Assembly (NCBI GenBank): GCA_038257485.1
Contig: JBBSJG010000002.1
Location: 1-53,205 of the forward strand
DNA: 53,205 nucleotides
Origin: Longimicrobiales bacterium
Lineage (GTDB): Bacteria > Gemmatimonadota > Gemmatimonadetes > Longimicrobiales > RSA9
Direction of reading: 5' to 3'
A program made the translations under genes and the position numbers. Below, piece by piece: positions 25,737 through 33,622 of the stretch. The notes below the pieces were generated by a model that did not search any database, was not told the origin of the DNA, and was given only the letters and a program-made list of their open reading frames with translations. Within the stretch, counting starts at the first letter, position 1. Each line of letters starts with the position of its first letter.

Positions 25737-26795
25737 ATGTGGAGCTACGTAGAACGATATAAACAGAATCGCGCTCGCCGGAAGTTCATGCCGATTCCGA
25801 GACGCAGGGGCACCGGTACGATCACCAAGATCGCCATCGTGGCGCTCCTGCTGATCCTCGCGGTAACCACTGTGCTCCAGATGCGGCATGGTGGGTCCGA
25901 CACGCAGGCGTTTGTGGAGTATGTCCGGACGGAGGGCACGCCCGCGATCGAAGTGATCGAGCGTGCGGCCGCGGCGAGGCGTCTGGTATTTCTTGCGGAT
26001 GTACCATCCGCGGCAGCGCCCAAGGTCCTGGCGGCGCAGGCCATCGAGCGGCTCGCGCTGGGGTCGGGTCTCGACATTGTCGCGCTCGAAATCGACGCAG
26101 CCGAGCAGCCGTACATCGATCGCTACCTGAATACGCCCGAGGAGGACGCATCGGTTCTTCTCACCCGGCCGCGCATTGCGCACGAGGCCGAAGGCGTGAG
26201 TCGTGCCTATCTCGACGTGCTGCGTGCGGTGCGTCGCATGAATGACAAAATGGGGCCGGACCAGCAGATCCGGGTGCTGGCGCTGGATCTACCGGACTGG
26301 CCTGCTGCGAGCGCAGAATCGCCCAGCGAGGCGGCGAGGCGATTCGGGATGCGCGACAGCGTCATGCTCGCAACCATCACACCATTCCTCGACATCGACC
26401 CCAAGACGCGCGTGCTGTTCTTCATGGGAGGACTGCACGTCCTCAAGGCGGGCATAACGGTGGTGCAGACCGGTGGGACAAAGACCGTCGAGACCACCGG
26501 TCTCGCCGCGCGCCTCGCTGCATTGTACCCGCAGGATGTATTCAGCATCCTCGTCGACGCGACGCCGTCACGGATTCCGGCGACCGCCGTCTCCGCTTAC
26601 CGCGGCACAGCTGCGGGTTCAGTACTGCGCGATGCCGGCGTCAAGAGCGGATCCGGCGTAGCGATGTCACCGCTGTTCGACTTCAGCCGTGATCCGATCA
26701 CGGTCATCGAGAAGCCCGGCATCCATTTCTCTCTCACGCCAAATGAGCTCCGGCTCAGCGGGCTCGCGGACGCATACATCTTCCTCGGCAGTTGA
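25737..26795 (+). CDS. membrane-anchored ChaN/Tiki-superfamily-like protein
   Basis: ggagg lies 4 nt upstream of ATG 25737. An N-terminal TM anchor (IAIVALLLILAVTTVL) is followed by RLVFLADVPSAAAPKVLAAQAIERL..LDIVALEIDAAEQPYIDRYL, which resembles the ChaN heme-binding / erythromycin-esterase-like fold. This is a low-certainty family call. Confidence 0.65.
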   Translation: MWSYVERYKQNRARRKFMPIPRRRGTGTITKIAIVALLLILAVTTVLQMRHGGSDTQAFVEYVRTEGTPAIEVIERAAAARRLVFLADVPSAAAPKVLAAQAIERLALGSGLDIVALEIDAAEQPYIDRYLNTPEEDASVLLTRPRIAHEAEGVSRAYLDVLRAVRRMNDKMGPDQQIRVLALDLPDWPAASAESPSEAARRFGMRDSVMLATITPFLDIDPKTRVLFFMGGLHVLKAGITVVQTGGTKTVETTGLAARLAALYPQDVFSILVDATPSRIPATAVSAYRGTAAGSVLRDAGVKSGSGVAMSPLFDFSRDPITVIEKPGIHFSLTPNELRLSGLADAYIFLGS

Positions 26796-26824
26796 GGCCG
26801 AGGCTGAAACAGGAAAAGGCGAAT

Positions 26825-27193
26825 CTACAGCAGCTCGGCGCTGCTCTCGGTAACCGGACCCCGTCCGCTCTGTCCGATCGCGCCTGAGCCGCCGACCGCG
26901 TCACCACTGTCCGAAGCGCCCGAGGCGCCCGAAACGTCCGAAGCACCGGACGCGCCCGACCGTCCGCCCTGACGCGACGGCGGAACGTCCTGCACCTTCG
27001 CCGCCTCCTCCGTCAGCTGATGCAGCAGCTTCTCCATCTGTCTGCCGTTCATCAGCGTCGCCAGATGTCCGACCAGCCCGAGCGCGAGCGTCGCGCGATC
27101 CGGTACTGTCATTTCCTTGATCTGGTGCATGATCTCCCGGATCGCAGCATTGTCCCTGTTCTCCGATTCCGTCGTGCGCGGCTCCTGCGTCAT
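26825..27193 (-). CDS. hypothetical protein with Gly/Ala/Ser tandem-repeat tail
   Basis: 122 aa. Its ATG overlaps the TGA of the upstream copZ-like gene (ATGA). The C-terminal region is SGASGASDVSGASGASDSG. Confidence 0.6.
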   Translation of the reverse strand: MTQEPRTTESENRDNAAIREIMHQIKEMTVPDRATLALGLVGHLATLMNGRQMEKLLHQLTEEAAKVQDVPPSRQGGRSGASGASDVSGASGASDSGDAVGGSGAIGQSGRGPVTESSAELL

Positions 27194-27405
27194 GTATCCT
27201 CCTCCGCCATGTAGCCTTCCTCCGTCACAACCGACGCGAGTTCTGCGGGCGTCGTGCGCGCCCCGTCGAAGTCGATAATTGCGCGGCCCGTCTCCAGGTC
27301 GACCCGCGCGGCACCTACCCCTTCAACACCTTCGAGCGCGGTCGTCACCGTCTTCACACAGTGACCGCACGTCATGCCCGTAACCTTCAACGTTGTCGTC
27401 GCCAT
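27190..27405 (-). CDS. copZ: heavy-metal-associated (HMA) domain metallochaperone
   Basis: MATTTLKVTGMTCGHCV metal-binding motif with a ferredoxin-like fold length of 71 aa. The track ORF starts further upstream at 27438. Confidence 0.85.
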   Translation of the reverse strand: MATTTLKVTGMTCGHCVKTVTTALEGVEGVGAARVDLETGRAIIDFDGARTTPAELASVVTEEGYMAEEDT

Positions 27406-27497
27406 TTGCTCTCTCCTGTTGCCAGAATTGGACCGCAATCACACATCGGACGCCGCCCTTTCGACGGCGTGGCACTTTGCTTGTATAGCTCCGTATC

Positions 27498-28523
27498 ATG
27501 CCCATTCTAAATGAGGACACGTGGTGGCGCCGCACCGGGAAAGCGCCCCGCTGCAAGTATATCGGTCTTACCGGCCGCGCACTGACCAGCGAGGCAGCAC
27601 TCGGCCGCATCCGGGCCCTCGTCCTGCCACCCGCGTGGACCGACGTCCACATCGCCCCTGACCCTGACCGCAAGGTTCAGGCTTGGGGCTACGACCAGGC
27701 CGGCCGCAAGCAGTACCGGTACAGCCACCAGCACACGAGCAGGCAGGACCTCCGCAAGTGGCAGCGCGTCCTGCGCGTCGCGCGCGTCCTGCCCGAGCTC
27801 CGCGCGCAGACCAACCGCCATCTCAGGCGACGGCAGCTCGACGAACGCAAGGTGCTGGCAACCGTCGTGCGCCTCATCTGCCGCGCGTATTTCCGCGCCG
27901 GCAGTGAGCGCTATGCCGTCGAGAACAAGACGTTCGGTATCTGCACACTGTCGAAGACACATGTGGAAGTACGAGGCCGGAACCTGGTGTTCGAGTACAT
28001 CGGCAAGCGCAGCAAGCAGCAGCGGCAGTTCATTGCAGACACGCCGCTCGTCCACATCATCGAGAAGCTGCTCGAGCTGCCGGGGCGTCGCCTCTTCCAG
28101 TACATCGAACCGGGCAGCCGCAAACCCAGGCAGATCTCCGCCGACCAGGTGAACGACTACCTGTTCGAACTCCTCGGTGAACGCTTCACGTCAAAGGATC
28201 TGCGAACATTCGGCGGGACCGTGCGTGCTGCTACGATCCTCGCGGACCTCGGGCCCGCGAAATCAGCAACCGAAGCAAAACGCAATGTCGCGCTCGCATG
28301 CAAACTTGTTGCAACCGACCTGGGAAATACGCCCGCGATCTGCCGCAAAGCATACATCCATCCTGCAGTGCTCTCTGAATACGAGTTGCGAGGGCGAACC
28401 ATCGATACCATCCGGCCCCGCCCCACCAGACGAAAAGGCGCCCACGCCGTCACTTTGGAGGAGCCGGTTGGATACTATCCTGAGGAACTGGCGCTCATGA
28501 ACTTCCTTGAGCGCTACGGCTGA
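27498..28523 (+). CDS. DNA topoisomerase IB (poxvirus-like bacterial type)
   Basis: 341 aa with PPAWTDVHI, GYDQAGRKQYRY and TSKDLRTFGGT. The active-site tyrosine context is CRKAYIHPAVL. Confidence 0.9.
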   Translation: MPILNEDTWWRRTGKAPRCKYIGLTGRALTSEAALGRIRALVLPPAWTDVHIAPDPDRKVQAWGYDQAGRKQYRYSHQHTSRQDLRKWQRVLRVARVLPELRAQTNRHLRRRQLDERKVLATVVRLICRAYFRAGSERYAVENKTFGICTLSKTHVEVRGRNLVFEYIGKRSKQQRQFIADTPLVHIIEKLLELPGRRLFQYIEPGSRKPRQISADQVNDYLFELLGERFTSKDLRTFGGTVRAATILADLGPAKSATEAKRNVALACKLVATDLGNTPAICRKAYIHPAVLSEYELRGRTIDTIRPRPTRRKGAHAVTLEEPVGYYPEELALMNFLERYG

Positions 28524-29305
28524 ACCGTCAGACTCTGCTGCGCTGCTTCATACCGCCGGTCGGGGGCGGCGACATGGAACACTCTGACTTTCATCCCTGC
28601 GGCATTCAACAGCGGCTGTGCAACGTTGTACACGGGGATCCCGGACGGCGTGACGCCCTCGAGTGATCCGTGGTGCGCATGACCGTGGAAGACCACGCTT
28701 GCGCCGATCGTATCGATCGGCTCCAGCATGCGCGAAGATCCGAGGAACGGATAGATGACTTCCGGCTCGCCCACCACGGTGTCGACAATGGGTGAGTAAT
28801 GCAGTACGACCACTTTCGTTTCCGTTGTGAGACTGCGGAGTGCATTCTCGATCTTGCGCGCTTCATCCAGCGCTGCATTCACGAATTCCTTGATCAGCGG
28901 TTCGCCGAAAGCGCCGAGTGCACCGCGGCCAAAGCCGCCGGCAAATCCCTTGCTCCCCGCGAACCCGACGCCATGGACCACGGCGGACGTGCCGTCGAGC
29001 ACGTGTACGCCAGCCTCGCCTAGAATCGTTGCCGCCTGCGCTTCGTTCCCGGATTCGTAGTCGTGATTGCCCAGCACTGCGACAATCGGAATCGCGACAC
29101 TCGCGAGCTCTTCCGCAAGCGCGGTGATCTGTTCAGGTTTGCCGTGTGTGGACAGGTCGCCGCACAGCACCAGCACATCGGCGTCATGGTGAAGTTCGGA
29201 CAGCATTACACGCAACTCGGTGCGCGTCGTGCCGTCGAAATGAAGGTCGCCGATCGCCGCGATACGAACGGTGCGACGCGGCTCCGAGGCTGCACTCATG
29301 GCCAC
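28514..29305 (-). CDS. metallophosphoesterase (calcineurin-like)
   Basis: All five motifs are present: GDLHFD, CGDLSTHG, GNHDYE, VVLHYSP, FHGHAHHG. Confidence 0.88.
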   Translation of the reverse strand: MAMSAASEPRRTVRIAAIGDLHFDGTTRTELRVMLSELHHDADVLVLCGDLSTHGKPEQITALAEELASVAIPIVAVLGNHDYESGNEAQAATILGEAGVHVLDGTSAVVHGVGFAGSKGFAGGFGRGALGAFGEPLIKEFVNAALDEARKIENALRSLTTETKVVVLHYSPIVDTVVGEPEVIYPFLGSSRMLEPIDTIGASVVFHGHAHHGSLEGVTPSGIPVYNVAQPLLNAAGMKVRVFHVAAPDRRYEAAQQSLTVQP

Positions 29306-29310
29306 ACCCC

Positions 29311-30255
29311 CTATTCCTCGATCCCCATTGCCTCATCAGCGGCCACTTCCCCGAACTTCACGTCTTCCGCCATCGGCGCTTCCTGACCGTCCCACAGGTC
29401 CGCGCGCGTGATCTCACCGATGATCGGCAACTGACGCGTCAACACGGTTGCTTCCTTGCGCAGGTCACGGAATCCCCACTCATTCACGTCGATGTTGTAC
29501 GAGAACCGCGAGATCAGCGTGCCCTGGCAGATCTCGGGATCGCCGACCTCTTCGATTTCTGCTTCAGCCAGTGCATACAGCTTGCGTCGCACCCAGAGTG
29601 GTACGCGTTCGCGGTGACCCGGGTACACGAAATCGTACAGATGGATCTGGCCCAGCAGCAGGCGCCAGTGCGCCTGTACGCGATCGAGCAACCGCTGCCA
29701 GTCCATCTCGTCGCCGCGACACAGGATGAGATGCAGCACGTCCGCAACGTCCGAACGATGTCGCTCCGCGACGAACAGACGGTGCCAGATCAGGTCTTCG
29801 GGCGGCGAGATCCGGACAGGTTCGCCCGCCAGGATGCCCCCGCGGGAATGGGTATGCCACGCACTGTCGATAAACGCGAGGCCATTGCCCATGCCGAAGA
29901 TCAGGTCCACCTGCTGGTGGTCCATCAACGCTTTGGCGATCCAGTGACTCTGCTCCAGCCGGACGTCGAATCCGGCCGCCTTCAGTGCTGCCGCCGCCAC
30001 AACGACGTGGCCCGGCTCCACGAACAGGTCGAGGTCCTTCGTCTTCCGGTAGATCCCCGTATACTCGTAGATCGCATAGAGGCCGCTCACCACGTACGGG
30101 ATCCCCGTCGCATTCAAGGTCTGCAGCGCGAGGCGGTAGACCACCCGCTCCTTCTCCGGGATCCAGAACTCGCCATGGGTCAGCGACTTCTGTTCATCAC
30201 GCGACAACGCCTGCATTTCGGGCGTGACGACGCGGTTCGTTTTCGGCGCTTCCAT
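29311..30255 (-). CDS. nucleotidyltransferase family protein (NTP_transf_5-like, pol-beta superfamily)
   Basis: VSGLYAIYEYTGIYRKTKDLDLFV (G[GS]..DxD) plus a downstream VDLIFG carboxylate. It lies 5 nt upstream of the metallophosphoesterase gene. Confidence 0.72.
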   Translation of the reverse strand: MEAPKTNRVVTPEMQALSRDEQKSLTHGEFWIPEKERVVYRLALQTLNATGIPYVVSGLYAIYEYTGIYRKTKDLDLFVEPGHVVVAAAALKAAGFDVRLEQSHWIAKALMDHQQVDLIFGMGNGLAFIDSAWHTHSRGGILAGEPVRISPPEDLIWHRLFVAERHRSDVADVLHLILCRGDEMDWQRLLDRVQAHWRLLLGQIHLYDFVYPGHRERVPLWVRRKLYALAEAEIEEVGDPEICQGTLISRFSYNIDVNEWGFRDLRKEATVLTRQLPIIGEITRADLWDGQEAPMAEDVKFGEVAADEAMGIEE

Positions 30256-30356
30256 TCAACTCTCATAGCGGGGGCGCGCACGCTGCGCGTGACCCACGCG
30301 GGGGCAAGGATCGGGCCGCTACCGCCCCCGGCGATGCACCATTAGGTTCACGTTCT

Positions 30357-30911
30357 ATGTTCGATGACTGGAAGAATGCATGGCGGGTAGCCGTTGAGAA
30401 TTTCGAGCGGGAAGTGCGGGCGGATGACGACCGGTACGGCGGTTTCGGCCACGGGAACGGCATGCGACGCCAGCTGACCGCCGCCCGCGGCGCACTGGGC
30501 CGCCTTGATGCAGAGATCGACCGGGCCGCGAAAGAGGCCGCGGCGGAGCGCGAAGCGGAGCAGGTGTGCATCCGTCGTCAGGCGCTCGCCGCGGACATTG
30601 ACGACCAGGAGACCTCGCGCATTGCCAGTGAATACGCAGTGCGTCATGCCGAGCGTGCTTCGATCTACGAACGGAAGGCCGACGTCCTGACGGACGAGCG
30701 TACGCTGCTCATGCGTGACATCGAAAGCATGGAAGCGGAGATTGCAACGCACCCGCCAGCCGACGAGCCGGGCGCCCGCCGTACTTCCATCCTCGACGAT
30801 GATGAGGCGGAAGAGCGGTCACTGCACGACCGCGAGCTGGCTCGCCTCCGCCGTGAACGCTCGGCCACCGAGAAACTGGAAGAACTCAAGCGAAGGATGC
30901 GCCCCGAATAG
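30357..30911 (+). CDS. coiled-coil protein, unknown function
   Basis: 184 aa, highly charged and heptad-like (AEIDRAAKEAAAEREAEQ..). It is divergent from the nucleotidyltransferase gene. Confidence 0.62.
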   Translation: MFDDWKNAWRVAVENFEREVRADDDRYGGFGHGNGMRRQLTAARGALGRLDAEIDRAAKEAAAEREAEQVCIRRQALAADIDDQETSRIASEYAVRHAERASIYERKADVLTDERTLLMRDIESMEAEIATHPPADEPGARRTSILDDDEAEERSLHDRELARLRRERSATEKLEELKRRMRPE

Positions 30912-30931
30912 CGCTGCGCCGTGACGGACCC

Positions 30932-32344
30932 TCAGTTGGTCAGCTTTGGCAGCAGTGTCGCCGCATCCGTCAGCTTCGACCGAAGCCGCGCCGCGATGTT
31001 CATGATCGGCCGACTCGCATTGCGTGGATCGCCCGGCGCGACGAATGTCTTCGGTGTGAATGAACCCGGGACCGGGGACGCCAGCGCAACCGCGACCACA
31101 ATCGAGATCTCCTCTGCCGGCCGCAGCGTGTAGGGTCCTGCCGATACCATGATCCGTACGTCCGACTGGCCGGGCACCAGCATACCGATATTCGGATCCG
31201 GGTCGTCCGGCGCATACGCAGCGGATCCCGAAAGAATGCTCCATCCTGTCAGCTCGTCCCCCGTCCCCGCGTGCCAGTCCGATGACGAGCCCGAGCCGCC
31301 CTGTGTGCCGTACCCATTCAGGATCACGCGCGCGCCATTCGGCGCCGACAGCATTCGCACTCCCACCAGGCCCGGCGCAAGCGCGGCGCCCCCACTGAAG
31401 GAGGGCTCGTCGAAGTCCGCATCATAGGCGAACACCGCGCGCAGTTCCGGATCGTACGACATGATGTCGTCCGTCGCGCCACCGATGTCCGGGTCCATGC
31501 CGAATCCGAGATACACATCGTCATACGTGATCCCCGTCGACAGATCGGTCCCACGTACATCGAGCTTCTGGTAGAGCGGCGAGTTCGTGATGTTGCGATA
31601 CGTGAGTCGCACCAGCGCAACATCCGGGAGTGACGCGTCGAACAACCATTGCTCGCGCACTTCAATGCCACGGATGGTCGTCAATGTGCGCGATGACGTG
31701 GTCGGCACGATCCAGGTCCGCTGGTCCGTACGAACCTCACCGTTCTCGTTCTTGAACGACGGCGCCGGCCGACCCGCCAGTGTTGCAATGTCATACATCC
31801 CCAGTGCCACCCCCCGCCCTTCCACCTTGGCCGCGATCAGGGGCATCGCATTCGACACGTACGTGTCCGTGGTACCGGCCGGCCACAACAGACCCTGACC
31901 GCTGCCGTCCTGAAGCAGCATCGCGCCGATCGCATTCACCGATGCCGTCATGTTCGACGCGGTCACCGGTCTCATGTAGCGCGCATAGCACGCGCCCTGG
32001 TTGGCACCCGATCCGCAGCGTGCAGTCAGCGGACCGCTCAGTTCGAATGGCTCGATGCCCTGTACGATCACCCGCGCGGCGTAACTGTAGGTGTCGCCCG
32101 CCGAGTCCAGCAGAACGAGAACGGTATGGGACCCGCCGATGCCGTCCAGGGTGTCCGGCGTCGTCCGCCCCGTATCCACTTCGTCGAGGAAGATACGGCC
32201 GCCCTCAGGGTCCGAACTCACGATGAGCTGGCCCTGTGATCCGCCGAGCGGGCCGTCCTGCTCGCGGCACCCTGCCTGTACCGTCAGCACAACGGCCAGC
32301 GTCGCCAGTATTCTGTATGTGTTCGATCCTGTCATCCCTGCCAC
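30932..32344 (-). CDS. lipoprotein with N-terminal PEGA domain
   Basis: Lipobox LTVQAGC. LIVSSDPEGGRIFLDEVDTGRTTPDTL is a PEGA-type motif. The remaining roughly 380 aa are unassigned. Confidence 0.75.
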   Translation of the reverse strand: MAGMTGSNTYRILATLAVVLTVQAGCREQDGPLGGSQGQLIVSSDPEGGRIFLDEVDTGRTTPDTLDGIGGSHTVLVLLDSAGDTYSYAARVIVQGIEPFELSGPLTARCGSGANQGACYARYMRPVTASNMTASVNAIGAMLLQDGSGQGLLWPAGTTDTYVSNAMPLIAAKVEGRGVALGMYDIATLAGRPAPSFKNENGEVRTDQRTWIVPTTSSRTLTTIRGIEVREQWLFDASLPDVALVRLTYRNITNSPLYQKLDVRGTDLSTGITYDDVYLGFGMDPDIGGATDDIMSYDPELRAVFAYDADFDEPSFSGGAALAPGLVGVRMLSAPNGARVILNGYGTQGGSGSSSDWHAGTGDELTGWSILSGSAAYAPDDPDPNIGMLVPGQSDVRIMVSAGPYTLRPAEEISIVVAVALASPVPGSFTPKTFVAPGDPRNASRPIMNIAARLRSKLTDAATLLPKLTN

Positions 32345-32362
32345 CTGCGTCCGCGCACCCGG

Positions 32363-33529
32363 TCAGAAGCGCGCACTGAAAAGATTCATTGCGAGTGCCG
32401 GTTGCAGCCGGGGCCTCGGTCCGCGGTCGTCACGGCGGAGCACGGGCACAGGTGCCGCCGAACCAAGATCCCAGCGGCCCTCCGAATACCGGAGCAGACT
32501 GTTGCCGGCTTCGCCTCCGCTCGACTCGACCGCACGATCGCGATCATACTCACGCGTCAGATGCGCGCCCGTCACGAGGCCGATGATACTCGTCGCCAGC
32601 GGAATGCCCACGCCGACATCCTCGTCGTCCGGCTGCATGATGAGCACCAGCCCGCCGCCCGCAACGCCGCCCACGAGGCCGGACAGGCTGACCAGCCGCA
32701 CACGGTTCACACTCGGCGACCACTTCGGTGCCAGCAAACCCGCCGCCACTACCATGGCATCACCACCGAGCAGCGTTGCCGCCAGCCGGTCGCGGTCCTC
32801 GAGATCCGTGATCACTCCCGTAGCGAAGCCGAACCACGTGCCCCAGAGACCGCTGGAGCTGACCGCCGCCGCAACACCGCTCGGGATCGGCTTCCTCGCA
32901 AGCAGGAGGCCCGTCCCGATTCCCGCCACGCCCCCCGCCACCATCGACGCCACCGACGCACTCGTCGATGGGTCGGTCCGGTATTCGCCACACAGGTCGC
33001 CGCAGTTGATCGTCTCGCCACCCAGAACGTCCATCCAGCCGTAGCCCTGCCACGTCCCCCAGGTGCCTCCGAACGTGATCGCCCTCGCCTGCCCCTCCGT
33101 GAGACCCGGATGGTCGTTCGCGTACTTCCTCGCCAGCAGGAACCCCGCGGGCGCTCCCGCCAGGAGCCCCACGCCAAAGGCCTCCGGCCCATCCGCATCC
33201 GCGATGATGGGGGTGGCGACGCCAAGCCACAGACCGTACGTCGTCCCCCACACCAGCAACTCCACCCTGCCGCTGCCATCCGCCTGGACACGGTTCGCGT
33301 ACGACGAGAGAAGGTCGGGCACCGAGCCGGCCGCAGGCGTATCGCCATACTTCCGGCGGATCAGGTCCAGCACCGCCCTCGCCGCGTCGTGCCGACCCTC
33401 AACCTGGAAGTCCCGGGCTGCCTTCAGCAGCACCGCAGCCGTGTCACCCCGCGTCTGCGATTGCACATCGGTCGGGGCCAGCATCGCAGCCGCAGCAACC
33501 AGCAATATTCCGAAGTACCGTTTCATCAT
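32363..33529 (-). CDS. secreted/membrane protein with Gly-zipper helices, unknown function
   Basis: Signal peptide (MMKRYFGILLVAAAAMLAPTDVQSQ) and a TPR-like helix pair. These are followed by repeated G/A-rich hydrophobic segments (GVGLLAGAPAGFLLA, VAGGVAGIGTGLLLA, LVGGVAGGGLVLI). Confidence 0.72.
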   Translation of the reverse strand: MMKRYFGILLVAAAAMLAPTDVQSQTRGDTAAVLLKAARDFQVEGRHDAARAVLDLIRRKYGDTPAAGSVPDLLSSYANRVQADGSGRVELLVWGTTYGLWLGVATPIIADADGPEAFGVGLLAGAPAGFLLARKYANDHPGLTEGQARAITFGGTWGTWQGYGWMDVLGGETINCGDLCGEYRTDPSTSASVASMVAGGVAGIGTGLLLARKPIPSGVAAAVSSSGLWGTWFGFATGVITDLEDRDRLAATLLGGDAMVVAAGLLAPKWSPSVNRVRLVSLSGLVGGVAGGGLVLIMQPDDEDVGVGIPLATSIIGLVTGAHLTREYDRDRAVESSGGEAGNSLLRYSEGRWDLGSAAPVPVLRRDDRGPRPRLQPALAMNLFSARF

Positions 33530-33531
33530 CG

Positions 33532-33559
33532 TTTGTCGTCCAGAATTTGTCGTCCAGAA
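33532..33559. repeat. perfect 14-bp tandem direct repeat (2 copies)
   Basis: tttgtcgtccagaa tttgtcgtccagaa lies directly adjacent to the start codon (33529) of the minus-strand gene. Confidence 0.9.
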
Positions 33560-33565
33560 TAAGAA

Positions 33566-33598
33566 CGCCCCGCCGCCCCGTATAGGGGACGACGGGGC
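33566..33598 (-). terminator. rho-independent terminator of the peptide transporter gene
   Basis: On the minus strand: ccccgtcgtcccc-tatac-ggggcggcgggg (about 12 bp with one bulge and one G-U), followed by cgttcttattc. It starts 25 nt after the stop at 33623. Confidence 0.6.
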
Positions 33599-33622
33599 CC
33601 TTTGTTCCCGATGTCGACGCCG

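Noticed and set aside
32091-33562. + strand ORFs of 317 and 386 aa
   Set aside because: They are antisense to the two envelope-protein genes. The translations are Arg/Pro/Ser-rich with no signal or domain features.
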